DNA from: Schmidtea polychroa
Taxonomy: Eukaryota
DNA length: 64,000 nucleotides
Assembly: GCA_044892525.1 (NCBI GenBank)
Contig: CM097886.1
Coordinates: 122,388,001 to 122,452,000 of the forward strand
Reading direction: 5' to 3'
Under the pieces are notes generated by a model. The model was not told the DNA's origin, searched no databases, and worked only from the letters and a program-made list of their open reading frames with translations. The number at the start of each line of letters is the position of its first letter. Within the stretch, counting starts at the first letter, position 1. The translations under genes were made by a program, and so were the position numbers. This document shows positions 1-13,245 of this stretch, in pieces.

Positions 1-1650
1 AAATATAGAATGCTCCAGATTTTTATCATTCATCAAGAAAACGAAAATGGACGTTAGAATTATCAGTGAGGTTCGAGAATTTCATTACCCTCAAGGATAG
101 TCGGTGTTCATATTCTGACGAAAAGAAGTCACCTAGCTCTAAATTGAATATGGCCGAACTCAAACTCGGATTAAATATCGAAAAATGTCGTCAATCTCCT
201 AGAATTTTCAGTCAGCACGTTGTCGGCATCGAAACAGTATCGCTCAGAAGTTTCCTCAATCGAAAGTTTGCGACGGCTAATTCTACAGATAGCACTCGAT
301 GAAAGGATCATTGACTCGATTCGTTTTCTCTCACAGGGTTTCCTCACCCCTCACAACCCACCCAAGGACAGTACGCATTTCTGCCCACTGCCCTTGGACC
401 GTCGTGAAGGACAACTCGACCCGACTTATCTCAAATCCTCCTCCAATAAATGTGCAATTAATAAATTCATATATGATCAAACAAATATGGGAATAATGAA
501 ATTAAAAGAAAAATCAAATAAATAAATGTTTACCTGGCGGCCACGCCAGCCGGATTCCGGGTATGATGACTCTTGCTAACGTAGGTTTTTACATTCATTT
601 AGCAATCATTGTAATACTAATATCCATGTAGATACTTGGCTGGTTCGGTCAGTGCAATTTCTGAGTATTCATATTCATAAGCTCTCTCTGAAAATGCATA
701 CGTAATTTAGCCGCATCATACCCGAGCTCCAGAGGACGTCGTCGCCAGCATCATAGAGAGAAAGCAACATCTTTTGGTTTTAAATATAAATTTTATTGAA
801 ACATAAAACGTCTTTTGATATTAAATTCATAATAAACATTAAAAATATCATACTAAAATTCAAAACATAATTTACCAAAATTCTCCGAAGGTGTTAGGAT
901 TGAAATCAAAGTCTTGTAAATTTTTCCTTAGTTAGCCTGGTTCTTCTCAACTGGATTCGATCTCGACTATTATCTGCCTCTAAGTAATATCTGTTATGTC
1001 CAAGTATGAATATTGTTCGTAAGTCTGTGCTCGTGAGTGGTTCCTAGCTTAGTCCTGTAGAGTTTCGGGTTAGAATGATAATTTTAAATAAATTTTACCT
1101 GTAGAGTTTCGGGTTAGAATGATACTCTACAGAGTTTTGTTGCTCTTTATATATATTTTTCCGTCCAATCAGGACACACCTTGCTTGTAATTTTGTTATT
1201 TATTATTATTTTATGTTTTTTCTTATCGTAGTATATTATATTTTAATGACCCTACCTATTTCTATTATTGTTTTATTTATTTTCCTATTTTTTATTATTT
1301 TTCTCCTATTTTTCTGTGGTTTTATTGCTATTTTATTGTAACTTCATTTTTTGTTTTAATTAACCTTATGGATGATTTTATTTTTATTTTGTTTTCCTTT
1401 AGTTTTCGTTTGTTTTTCTTAAATTTTGTGCCATTTTATTTCTCTTTTACTGTTGTGCTCATTGGGTGCCTTCCCTTTTGTCTTATTTCCCCTTTACAGG
1501 TTTTGTTATTTTATTTAGTTATTCTTGTTTCTTTATGGATGTTTAATTTGTTTCTTCCTATGTTTCTCGTAATTTTTATATGTTTTTATTTTATTTACTC
1601 TATCTCTTCCTGGGTTCGTTTTTCCAACACCTTCAGAGCTTGGCCCAACA
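1..1650 (-). repeat. Partial LTR copy A' (promoter-bearing end; cut by the window edge; part of the duplication)
   Basis: Matches 35152-36801 with no difference spotted; ends ...ttggcccaaca at 1650. Confidence 0.9.
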
Positions 1651-3210
1651 AAAAGTAGTTTGTAGGTGTAGTCTTTTGGGTGTTAAAATTACCAGAATTT
1701 GTAACAAAAATACTAAAAGCAGACAAACAAAGGTAAATTAAATAAGAAACATTAGAAAAATGAGTACAGAAAGGAGAAAACAATTGTGCGGTAGCGAGGG
1801 AAATGCGAATAGTGAAAATGCTGACCGGAAGACTGTAAAAGTAAAAGATTTTACCCACACGTAACCATCAGTAAATAACAAAATAAAGACTCTGTCAATT
1901 TGAAATTATTATATGTGTAGTCCTTTAGTCATATTGCTGGGTTAAAAACCAAGGACAGTTTTATATCCTGTAACCTTTCTTGTTCCCACCGAAAGGCCAC
2001 TAAGATGACCACACAACATGGAAAAAGCAATAAGAACCAATCGGAACCAATTTTTCTACCCCTAGATTTTTATTTCTATTAGATCTACCATAATTTAGTG
2101 TAAGCACATCGGAAATTTTATGTTAGAAGATGAGTGAACATTAAAAATCTTAAGGCTAAAATGCTACATGATAGTGAAAGAAAAATATAGGGTAAACATA
2201 CAAATACAGAACAGGAGTGATTCGAGAACTTGAAGATGATTTCAGAACAGTTTTTAACCTATTAACAATTTGATGTGATCCATTAACTTATTTATTTGTG
2301 ATACAAGATTGTAATTATATTTATTTATTGGTTCTTGGTGATATTATAATAAAGTAAACCCTCACACGCAAAAATGGAAAAATATCTGGATATATGTCAG
2401 AGATAAGGCTGACATAGAGAAAAGGAAAATGGAAAACTGAATCTGTCGCCAGTGCCGCAAATGAAACAGACTATATAAAACAGAACAGTTGACCGAGAAA
2501 TCAGAACAAAAAGTAAAACAAAAACAGAACGAAATCAGAGACGAAAAGAGTAAAAAAGGAGACACAAAAACAGAGTGAAACGAGAAGTGACGAGAATAGT
2601 TTGTAAAATTGAACATAAAGTGGAAGTGGAGAAAATAAATTGTGTGGTCAAAGCAAATAGAACAATCGATCAACGTATCCTGTAATTAAATAGTTGATGG
2701 ATAGTGATTATTGTTGTGATTACAGAAAGGGCTATTCTTCACGTAGTGTCGAAATAAGCTCTATGTGATAAATTGGTTTATAATTAATTGGTTGTAATTG
2801 AAATTTGTACAATCCCGTGTGGATATTAATAAAGCCTATCGTGTTCGAGAGTGTTGAATTGTGAATTAATAAACACGCTTTGGAGTCAAATATTATCACC
2901 AACCCAATAACCCAACAGTATTATTTATTTGTTATTATTATATTTTATTAATTTTAAGACAGATTGGAGTGCATGTTATTATTTTTAGACATATTTGTTC
3001 AAACAGGTTAGCAATAAGTGCATTTATTGGAAGATTGTTTATTTTATTTTTTTGAAAATTTTAATTGAACCATTAAAAATTTAATTTTGATTTTTACAAT
3101 AATTTTCATGTTGATATTGAAGATTGTAAAATGTATTTATATAAACTATTCATATTTATAGTATTTATATTTAATCATTTGAATGTTGTTGGTGAATTAT
3201 GAACTCAATG

Positions 3211-3358
3211 CGCGTCTGTGTGCGCGTTGTATTGTGTGATGGGTTTGTGTGCGCACACAGACGCGAGCAATGTCATTTTTTGGGTTGGGTTGTTGGTGTG
3301 TCGCGTCTGTGTGCGCTTTTCTTTTCTTTGTTTTAGGCTGTGTGCGCACACAGACGCG
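3211..3358. repeat. Four copies of CGCGTCTGTGTGCGC in alternating orientation (two imperfect palindromes)
   Basis: Forward at 3211 and 3302; reverse at 3251 and 3344. Confidence 0.9.
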
Positions 3359-3513
3359 AGCAAGAAGTATGGAAATATTTATTAATTAGTTTGGTTGTAA
3401 TTTTTTTCTAATTTTAGAGTTAGAATTTTATCGATTCTTGAATGTGAATGGATTTAGAGAGTTGTTAATGGTATCGATTTCGGTTTTGGTTTTCTTATGA
3501 TTTTTCGGATAAA

Positions 3514-4059
3514 ATGGAAGAAATGGAAATGGGAAATACTACCAACGAAACTGATGGTTCCTTTTTTATGACCTCAAGAGATCCTGATAATGTTAATGGT
3601 GTGTTTGGCCAACTAATATTAAATTTATTTGGTGGATTGATTTCCGTTGGTATTCGATGCAATAAATGTGATGTAGTAGTTACACAAAGGAAGGTTCCAG
3701 ATAAAATGATTGAGAAGAGTTCAGCTACAAGATTGTTTAATATTACTGAAAGTACTGGAGGTGTTATGACTGGTATGATCCCTGATTATCGATCTCAAGT
3801 ATGTCGTGCACAAATGGAAGCAGCTCGATTTAGATATAAACATGGATATGAAATGCTTTGTGACATAATATGTCGTTCTATTGCGGATATTAAGCAGCTT
3901 TCTACCCAATCAACTGAGATGCGACCATTAGGTTGTTCAATGATGGCATTATCTTATGGTATTGACATGGACAAATTGTTATTATTCAAAAATAAAATTA
4001 TTATTCGTGATCTTGAATTTAAACATGAACAGTTGTGGTATGTTGAAATTAAAGGTTGA
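3514..4059 (+). pseudogene. PSMA6: Intronless fragment of proteasome subunit alpha-6 inserted in the 5' LTR of the small Gypsy
   Basis: GGLISVGIR...VVVTQRKVPDK...LF.ITE..G.VMTGMIPD.RSQV.RA..EAA.F.YK.GYEM..D..C..IAD..Q..TQ..EMRPLGC is the PSMA6 core. Both termini of the host protein are missing. Confidence 0.88.
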
Positions 4060-4725
4060 AATTGTTCGAAATATTATTTGGATTTGAATTAATTCCCCAG
4101 AAATTAATTATGAAAATACGTTGTTTAAATAATATATAATTATTCACGACTTTGAATTTATTAATATCTAAAATTAAGACGAATCCCAACATGGCGACCA
4201 CGCTAATGCTGCAGTTTATCAGACTAAAAACATTCGAAGAAATACAAAATCGATTGGTAAAATATGATATTAAAAAAGAAATTGAAATTGAAAACATTGC
4301 TTCGATGCAACATGTAAAGTAAATTATGTTAAAGTAGCGATGTTGAATGATGGACAAACATGGAACCAAAGAAATCCATATCACTGTCAAAGGAATGAAA
4401 GAATCGAACGAAGTTGGACGATGGGACGACCGGAAACAAATACTCAAAGACCAGGAAATCGAAATGAGTGGGAAAAGATCAGAAATCAAGGACATTTTCG
4501 AGAAAGACAACAGTGGCCCGCGAGACATTTTAACGAATCGATTAAAAGAAATATTTATCCAAACCAAGATAATCGCATGCGAAGGTGTTGGGCTTGTAGA
4601 GAAGAAGGTCATCTAAGATCAGAATGCCCAAATGTAATTTTAACTGTAGGGGGTATTTCAAAACCGATAGAATTCTGTTAATCGAGGAGTTATTCCAAAT
4701 ATAATGGGGGGGAATAAATTTTTTA

Positions 4726-5826
4726 ATGGAATTTAGTATATATTTACAAAGAACCGATAATGAGAAATATGAGATAAGTTATATTGAACAGAAGAAAAAG
4801 GATTTTAAAAAAATGGAAAAAGAAGACAAAGAAATCGAGAAATTAATTGAAGAATATGAAACAGTATTTATGAAACATAAATGGGACATTGGTAAAACAG
4901 AAATAGTACAACATAAGTTAAATACGACAGGACCTCCAATTGTTATTAATCCTAGACGTCAACCAGTACACCTCTCATCGAAAATAGAAGAAAATATTAA
5001 AGAGATGGAAAAGAATGGTATTATAAAGAAATGCGAATCACCTTGGAATTCGCCACTGGTATCTATTAAAAAGAAAGACAAAAATGAGATAAGGGTTTGC
5101 TTAGACTTTCGAGCATTAAATTTAGTAACAGAGCGACCTATTTTCCAATACCAAATACAGAAGAAATGATGGACGCTCTAAATGGATCGATATTTTTCAC
5201 AACACTGGATTTAGGCAGTGCAAATTACTAAGTGGAGTTAACTGAAGATTCGAAAAAGAAAACGGCTTTCTCTACAAAGAATGATCAATATTACTACAAT
5301 CGTATGCCAGTTGGGATAGCAACGGCTCCTGCTACTTTCCAGAAATTAATAAACAAAGTGCTTCGATCACTAAATTGGAAAGAAGCTGTAGTGTACATGG
5401 ACGACATCCAAATATTTTCAAGAACTAAAGAGAAACACATAAAAAGAGTAAAAAATGTTCTAGACAGATTTAAAACAGCTGGATTAAAGTTGAGTCGAGA
5501 GAAATGTCACTTTTTGAAATGTGAAACTAAGTTTTTAGGCCATTTCATAAATAAAGATGGTATAAGAACGGAGGATCATAAAATTGACGCAAAAAACAGT
5601 TTGAAAAACCAACATGTTTAAGGAGGTTGAGGAGTTTTTTGGGACTTACGAAGGTTCATTGAAAATTATACAAAGTTTGCTAAGAACTTGGAGAAACTAT
5701 GTGGGAGTAACCAAAAAAAAATTAATATGGACAGATGAATGTGAAATAGCGTTTCAAGGTATGAAAGAACAATTAATGAGAGCTCAAATACTGGGTTTCC
5801 CGGATTTTAAAAAGAATTTATATTAG
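4726..5826 (+). pseudogene. pol: Frameshifted RT / RNase H 5' part of the small Gypsy
   Basis: SPWNSPLV..KKD...RVCLDFRALN, MPVGIATAPATFQ, YMDD, KFLGH. Split by stops and frameshifts; interrupted by solo LTR B. Confidence 0.9.
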
Positions 5827-8800
5827 TGTTGGGCCAAGCTTCGAGAGTATTGCAAATCAGGTTAAGGATGAATAAAGGGGGTAAAATAAATTTCACGAAA
5901 AGCGCGAAAAATAAAAGAACAAATAAAATTAGATGAACATAACAGGAATAAAGGGAATAAAAATAACTAATGAAAATAATAAAAAATGAAAAATAAGATG
6001 AAAAAGAAAATAACGCACCACACATAATAGCAGAAGGAAATAAAATAATAAATTTAAGGAAAATAAACCAGAAATTAGGAAATAAAATAAAAATAAATCA
6101 TTATCAACTAAATACATAAACTAATTAAAATCAAAAATTATACTACAACCAAAAAACAATAAAGTCACAGGAAAAACACGAGGGAAATATTAAAAAATAG
6201 AAAAATAAATAAAATAATAAGAAAAAAATAAGAAAAGTTATTAAAATACCCCATATTACATTAAAAAACATAAAAACAATAATAAATAATAATATTACAC
6301 ACCAGTCGTGTCCTGATTGGACGAAAAATAATATAAAAGAAATGAAAAATATCTGTAGAGTACCATTTAACCAAACTGCTCTACAAGTAAAAATTTCTTT
6401 ATTGAACTTACCATTTAACCAAACTGCTCTACAGATCTACGATTCATACAGGAACCACTTATCAAACGTCATTGAACAGATTTACAGGGACTACATTTAG
6501 GAAAATTATTCAGATAGCGATCGGAATTTAGGCAGAATAACAGTACACTTAACTTGGAGAAAAAATCTAGACCTTATTTTCAGTACTCTCGGAGAAAATT
6601 ATAGTAAGTAAGATGAATGTGTTTGATTTATGATTGATTTACGTAACCATGATTAAGTAACATATTTTATTTTTAATAAAAATTTATTGATTACAAAGAT
6701 GTTCTCTCTCTATGGCTGGCGACGACGTTGTTTGGGAATCGGACATGATGCGGAGACTCGGATGCCTTTTGCAAGGAAATGCTTGGGAGCGAACGAAAAT
6801 AAACGAAGATGTTGAATCAAGTATTTGAAGGAAATTAATCTCACTGGGAATGAAATGGTAATATGCGATGAATATCACGATGTAGCATCATGTTCGAGAT
6901 ACAGACGGCGTGGTCGCCAGGTAACTAATTTCTCTAGCAATATTAATCCATTTTGTAAACTATATGATTTATTTTTTCGTTTGATAATCGTTCATGATAT
7001 TGAGGTTTGGAGAGATAAAATCGTCCTTCCTGACGGTCCAAGAATGGTGGCAGAGATGTATGCCGTTCTTGGGTGAGTCAGGAAGGGTGAGGACATCTGG
7101 TAGACGATGACAATGGAATTGGGAGGAACCTTTTCGCCGGGTGAGATCATTTACTCTCGAGGATTCTCTTCATAAAGGCATAATAGTCATTCATCTCGGT
7201 AGAAGGAGAAATACCATAGGAAGTGCTAGGAAAAACTACTTACGACCAAGCATGTCTGCGAATTCAATCGTTTTCCAATGAGTTTCGTCACTTTTCGACG
7301 CTGATGGACGAGCTATCACTAAAACCATTTGAATGATAGAAGACTAGGTTTGGCTTGAAAATATCCATGAGGATCGTCGTTGCTTTCTTAAGAGTAAAAT
7401 CCTTTAGAGGTGCACACCGCTAAGACGTTAGCTGGTAGATCGATCACTCCAATTTTCCTTTTATCCGATTAGAGAGAAATCGGTAAACAAACGTCGAAAA
7501 ACTGTCATCATCGTCAACTCGTTCGCCTAGTGTAAATACGCGCGACAGTCTTGAGAAAAACCTGGAATCGACCGATCGTTGGAAATTTATCCTACAATCT
7601 GATTCTCCTACAATCGAACGGTAGTTATTAGATAAGCCATTTTCTAAAAATACCCAGTTTTAGATTAACGGATAACAACTTCTTCATAAAGGCGTTCATC
7701 GCCGACTATCGGAGTAAATATGGCTAATAGGAGAACAATCACGGAGTTGGGGTTGAGTCGATCAACGTGGTGAATATCCAAAAATTAGAACATTGATATC
7801 ATAATTCACATATAGAGTTTTGCTTTCATCCACATAAAATCCAACAACAATATTACGTGCGACGGCAGATAATTCTGCTAATACACACCTGTACATCTAC
7901 TAACTCCCAGACGAAGTGTAAAGTGATGACGTCATTTGGGACCACACTGAAACAATAGGTAGTAAACTGAGTAACGATGTTACGACAAGAATCGGATAGG
8001 GAAAATCTCTTACTAGCAGATTTTGTTTCCCACTACGATTGCATAGGGTCTAACTATAATAAATTCCAGCATGCACTTTCGAATCATAGCGAAGAACAGC
8101 GGTTTTCTATGACTACTCACACGGCGGTAAATTAAATTAGATTATTTCACTATTAAATATTTAATATAACTAGAATTTTCCTTACGATTTAAAAAGTGCC
8201 CATCTAATTCAATACCAGACACGTCGAGCGATAATCATAAAATTTCTTGGGATTTAAATAACATACAATTTCCCGTAAGCTACATAGTTGAATAATCACC
8301 ATATAACTAATGCAAGGATGATGTTAATGATGATAAATGATTTTTAAATTTTTCGAAAAACATGCAGTTTGCCTGAATTAGGAGATAAATAAAAGAAGTA
8401 TTTATCAAGTTTCCAATAGTCAGAATATTGCTAATACAGCGAATATACGCTTGTTATGGGTCCCGCTCCTTTTCCCTAGCTTGTATGATTTGCGTTGAGT
8501 GAACAGGTTCGTGGTGGTAAATAATATTCCGTATGTTTACAATCCGTCGAAGCTTTTCTGAGGGTCGTCGAGCTATATGTCGAGGGTGTTACCATGATTT
8601 CACGAGAGATCCGTCAACGAATGCACAAATAATTTTCTGGTAAACTTAATAGGAACCTTCTTTATCTTGAGATGACTGCACCGATCAAATCAGGAAAGGA
8701 TTTGCGCCCATGCTTCTCGTGCTCGGACAAAAACGAAGATATTAGGAAGTTGCATCTCTACATCGGGGCCTTGAAGAAGCGCATAGACCTTTATGAAGGC

Positions 8801-9977
8801 ACGTGGTTTTCCCCGCCACAAATGAAGGAGGAGCGAAACAAGATATTAAGACTGGAGCACTGCCGTGACAGTCTCCTCGAGGAAAGCAGGTGCCAGAGGC
8901 TCACGATAAAAGCCCAATCAGAGGCCTTGCATAAGATATACACGGACGTCGAAATTTCAAAGCGAGTTCGGGAATATCCGATCCAGGACGGAACAAACGT
9001 GTTTCCAATTCACCATCAAATGTCCGTAGCCCCATCGACAACCAACTGCAAAGGACATGGCTCCCAATTATCTCCTATTCTCGCTCCGTCTCTCTCAAGT
9101 GCCAGGCCCCCAACACAAGGCCCATCGGACCCCATTTTAGCTCCAGTACTGCAGCCTCATTCGACTCAACCAGCGGTCAACCTCGCGTCATCGAATCGGA
9201 AACGCAAGTGGCCGACGCGCGCCGAGAAAAATCAAAAACGCAGGGATGCCATCGCTGCGCTGGAAGCTTCGTTATCAGTGGCCCAGTCCACCATCAAAGA
9301 GATCTCGAATTCTCACGTGATTCCGGCCAAAGAAATATTCCGAGTAATTCCGGCCGATGGTATCAAATATCTCGCGGATCGCCGATTACCTGTGGATATC
9401 GACGAAGTATTCACCGACGGAGAAGTTTTCTGATCAGTCAAGCCAACGACAATACCTATTTCTTGCTCTCGATAGACCTACCGACTAACCCTCTGGTGTA
9501 AAATAACTTATCTGTAGTTTGCTTGTTATTTTAGTAAACATTGGTGTAACATGTTTTGTTTTTGGTAATAGATGTATGTAATGTAAACAATATAATTTCT
9601 TGGGATTAGATGATTTGTTTGCGAGAAGGATAAGTGAAATAAACGGATTGGATGATAAACTGAAAATGTGTCATTGAATGAAGGTCGTCCCTTTGGACCA
9701 GGGTCGGACCAGGTATAAGTGTAGAAAGGGGTAAGTCCTTCTAAGGCACCGTGGAATCCGAACTGAGAAGGGGTTAGGAGTAGTCCTAAGGCAGGGGCTC
9801 ACCTGCTAACCTCTTCCGACCTGTGCGGGCAGCACCAACGTGGAACATCACCACGGGCTCACACGCGGGAATATTAGCAAGATCATCTGGGGTATGGCGG
9901 GGAATGGCCTGAGAGGAACGAGGATGATTCGTATGTTTGGTAATGATGTTAATCTTTTTCCCCTGCATAACCCAACA
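5827..9977 (+). mobile_element. Solo LTR copy B (4,151 bp) of the giant-element family, inserted in the RNase H of the small Gypsy
   Basis: tgttggg...cccaaca termini; 4-bp TSD ttag (5823-5826 and 9978-9981). Removing it restores ...KN[F]ILDTDAS. Confidence 0.92.
8672..9433 (+). CDS. LTR-encoded hypothetical protein (253 aa), homologue of 33101-33865
   Basis: Intact ORF; RPCFSC, LEHCRDSLLEESRCQRLTIK, NRKRK, PTRAEKNQKRR. Confidence 0.85.
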   Translation: MTAPIKSGKDLRPCFSCSDKNEDIRKLHLYIGALKKRIDLYEGTWFSPPQMKEERNKILRLEHCRDSLLEESRCQRLTIKAQSEALHKIYTDVEISKRVREYPIQDGTNVFPIHHQMSVAPSTTNCKGHGSQLSPILAPSLSSARPPTQGPSDPILAPVLQPHSTQPAVNLASSNRKRKWPTRAEKNQKRRDAIAALEASLSVAQSTIKEISNSHVIPAKEIFRVIPADGIKYLADRRLPVDIDEVFTDGEVF

Positions 9978-11547
9978 TTAGATACTGATGCAAGCTTTGA
10001 TAGAAAAGGAGCGGTTTTATCACAGTTAGATTCTAATGGAAATGAAAGAGTGATTGCGTATGGATCGCGAGCAATGAGTACACAGGAATTAGGGTATTGC
10101 ATCACTAGAAAGGAATTACTTGCAATTTATTATTTTACGTGCATTTGCGATTTAGACTTCGAACGGATCACAAGGCAATAACATTTATGCTTAAAACCAA
10201 AAAACGTATTACACCACAGTTTCAGACGTGGATTAACCATTCTAGTGGTCTGGATATGGATTTAGAATACAGGAGAGGCAAATTACACGTTAATGCTGAT
10301 GTTTTATAATGGAGCGAATGTGACACATGCATACAGTACCAAACAATACACGAAGAACCAAAGAAAAGAAGGTTGAAGACAAGAATTCTAGCGTTGATGC
10401 TAGGAGGTGATGGTTCCATGTGCTAAAAGGACTCTATAGAGATTGCTGATATAAGAGAAAAAATACTGAAAGGAGAAAAAATCAAATTTGATATTAACAA
10501 CAATGTGATAACAACGATCAAAAGGAAAATATGGATACCAAAGGAAAAGATAAGACAATTCGTAGAACACACTCATCAAACTTTATGCCACACAGGGGTG
10601 ACGAAAGTACAAGATTATATTTCACAAACATTTGATTTTGAAAATAAACGTGAACAAATTGAGATTGTAATCCACAGTTGTAAAGAATCCCAATGAAGAA
10701 AAACATTGACAATACAAACGAAAGAAACTATTTTAAAGCATAATAATTCGAATTTATCTGAGACGATTTTTATTGATTTTTGTGGACCTTTAAAGAACAA
10801 TTCATGGAAAGAGATATATTGGCAATTATGGATCAATTAAGTAGATATGTCATTAAATGCAGTATCAAGACAAGAGGAGAATACAACAGCAGCTATTTTG
10901 AAAAATAATTGGATTTTAAAATACGGAGCACCAAAGTTTATACACTGCGACAGAGGGAAAACATTTGAAGCAAAATTAATACACGACTTATTGAACATTT
11001 ACCGAATCAAAATGGTATACTCAAACACTTATCATTATTAAGCTAATGGAATGATTAAAAGACAATTCAGAACCATAAGGGATGCAATTCAAATTTCATT
11101 AAAAGATAAAATGTATAAAAAGTTGGCAAATTTACTGCCAGAGGTGGAATTTATGCTTAATTCGACGATTCAGAGATCAATAGGCTTTAGTCCTGCGGAA
11201 GTAGTATACGACAAGAAAATATACAAAGAATGGCAATCATGGTATAATAAGGATTCAGATGTTAAAGAACACGTGAATATTATGAGTAAAAAAGAGAAAC
11301 AATAACTGCACAATTGGAAAAGAATGAAAGAAAAGTATCATATAACAATAAACTACGAACAAATCGAGAATTTAATGTTGGAGACGTTGTGTGGATAGAA
11401 GAGGATGTTATCTCAAAAGAGGATAATAGATATGATGGTCCTTGTGAAATAATTGATAAACGGCACAATCGTAGCTATGTGGTATAAATGCCAACTGGGA
11501 AAATAAAAATTAGAAATATAGAATCACTAAAGGAATATAAAAACTGA
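9978..11547 (+). pseudogene. pol: RNase H 3' part and integrase remnants of the small Gypsy
   Basis: LDTDAS...GAVLSQ...ERVIAYGSR resumes exactly after the TSD. H..LCH.G, IHCDRGKTF, SPAEVVY; multiple stops. Confidence 0.88.
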
Positions 11548-12417
11548 AAAAGATTATTAAAAGAAGGGGTGTAAGATGTATTTATATAAACTATTCATAT
11601 TTATAGTATTTATATTTTATTATTGGAATGTTGTTGTATGTTGAAATTGTTCGAAATATTATTTGGATTTGAATTAATTTGCCAGAAATTAATTAAGAAA
11701 ATACATTGTTTAAATAATTTATAATTATTCACGACTTTGAATTTATAAATGTCTAAAATTAAGACCAATCCTAACAAAGATGAAAAATAATGTGAAACTT
11801 GTGTAAAGGAAATGAAAATTTAGTTTCTATTCGAAGTGTTCTTTTTAAAATGAAGTGGAAAATTAAATAAATAATAACTCTAAAATTATTAATTCGCCAA
11901 TACGTTTTCAAAAGTCTAGTGAATATAATAAAACTTACAAACATAAATTATTTTTAATACTTATCGCCAGCTTACGATAAATTCGAATTAAAGAAAAACT
12001 ATTTGAAGTATTAATTATTATAACAATCACAACCTTTTCTATTAATACATTTTAATCCTAAAACACAAAATTTGTAGTTCACAAAAATTGGAAAAACTAA
12101 AATTTTTTTGTTATATTAAATTTAAAGCAAAATATACTTCCCTGAAAACAGACCCTGGAAATTGTTGTGATACTAAGAATAAAATTGTACTCTTAAAGAA
12201 AAAGAAATTACTCCACGATAACAATTATTGACAAATAGCAATTCTTAAAAGAAAAATTAACACAAAATTTAGTATATAAACTGAGGGATTACTCAGTCAA
12301 ATCACCCCTAAAATAAAAGCTTTCAAGGAGAATTGCCAATTCAGAAATTGATATTGCAATCAAACTTAAAGCATACTTATTTACATATCCGAGCTCAGGA
12401 AGCTGCAAGTAATTGTT

Positions 12418-13245
12418 TTATTTTTTAAATTTGTAATTGTGATAATTCTCCCATTTTTTGATCTCCTTTTCGAGGTTCTTGATATTTTCGTCATACATCT
12501 TTCTCTCGTTTTCCAATTTCTTGTTCTTACCGGCTAGCACTATATTCCTTTGTTCTAGTGCCCCCTTATAGCCGTTATTGTCTCTTTCAAGATCTGCCAC
12601 CTTGTTTACGAGTTCGACGATTCTACCTGACTGTTGTAGAATCATCTCTTCCATGGCGGTATTCTCCTGTTCCTTTATAGACAGTTTCATGGCCAGATGC
12701 CTTTCAAATTCCATGGCCTTGGTCTGCCAGGTTTGACTTCTAGCTGCTACTTTCCGGAGCCTTCTTAGCTCTTCTTTCTGATCCAGGTTTTCTTCCCATT
12801 TCCCTTGATTACTCTCGTGTTCCAATCTCTGCGGTAATTCTCTCATCTCTTTTTGGATTTCTCGATGTTGTTTTTTCCACTTTCTGGCTTCTGCTAGTAG
12901 TTGGCGGGTCTTTCTTTCCTCCTTTTGTTTTTCTATTTCCCGCTTCTTATTCTCATCCGTTAGTCTTTTTCTTGACTCTTGTACCAGCTGCTTCAGGTAA
13001 TGCCCGTGCGCCTCTTGCCTGGTATTTTCTAATGCCGACCATTTGGCGGCTCTTTTGCAGGCCTCGGCCTCCGCCCGTAAATTCTGTACTAACCACTGGA
13101 ACTGGTGGTTTTCCCATTCTCTCGCCTCTTCGAGGTAATTTCGTGTTTGATTTGATAATTGTGCCATCACTTTGGCCCATCTTTCTCTATGTATTCTACT
13201 GATGTTTATTTCGTTATTTGGGGCTTCCGTTTGATCTTGAGTCAT
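12418..13245 (-). CDS. Coiled-coil protein, C-terminally truncated by the duplication junction
   Basis: 275-aa E/K/R-rich ORF. Its last residues (YHNYKFKK*) come from the flank at 12418-12445. Confidence 0.65.
   Translation of the reverse strand: MTQDQTEAPNNEINISRIHRERWAKVMAQLSNQTRNYLEEAREWENHQFQWLVQNLRAEAEACKRAAKWSALENTRQEAHGHYLKQLVQESRKRLTDENKKREIEKQKEERKTRQLLAEARKWKKQHREIQKEMRELPQRLEHESNQGKWEENLDQKEELRRLRKVAARSQTWQTKAMEFERHLAMKLSIKEQENTAMEEMILQQSGRIVELVNKVADLERDNNGYKGALEQRNIVLAGKNKKLENERKMYDENIKNLEKEIKKWENYHNYKFKK

Larger units (their letters stand above)
3125..11776 (+). mobile_element. Decayed Ty3/Gypsy LTR retrotransposon (unrelated ~207-bp LTRs) with two nested insertions
   Basis: 5-bp TSD aagat (3120-3124 and 11777-11781). 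TGTAA...AACA LTRs at 3125-4191 (interrupted) and 11570-11776. PBS TGGCGACCA at 4192; PPT aaaagaagggg at 11559-11569; CCHC remnant CWACREEGHLRSEC; YMDD. Confidence 0.92.
1..12445 (+). repeat. Near-identical direct segmental duplication, copy 1
   Basis: Matches 35152-47597 (offset 35151/35152). Seven differences spotted by eye (3613, A-run near 5595, 7875, 7938, 8213, 8669, ~12228), not an exhaustive count. Identity stops after ...gtaattgtgataa. Confidence 0.97.

Noticed and set aside
1368-2673. Hydrophobic F/L/I-rich ORFs resembling membrane proteins (also 5807-6117, 52834-53061 and their duplicates)
   Set aside because: Translations of T-rich or A-rich low-complexity DNA.
7780-7960. RT-like words (minus-strand GFYVDE, plus-strand SDDVI)
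   Set aside because: Isolated short matches in stop-riddled frames with no supporting RT motifs.
5827-9977. DIRS, Penelope or Helitron identity for the repeated 254-aa-ORF element
   Set aside because: TG...CA termini, 4-bp TSDs and attachment of copy A to gag-pol identify solo LTRs. No tyrosine recombinase, GIY-YIG or Rep/helicase motif was seen.
12446-12470. Purine-rich minus-strand tract as the PPT before a 3' LTR
   Set aside because: It is coding sequence (EIKKWEN) at the duplication junction and is not followed by TGTTGGG.
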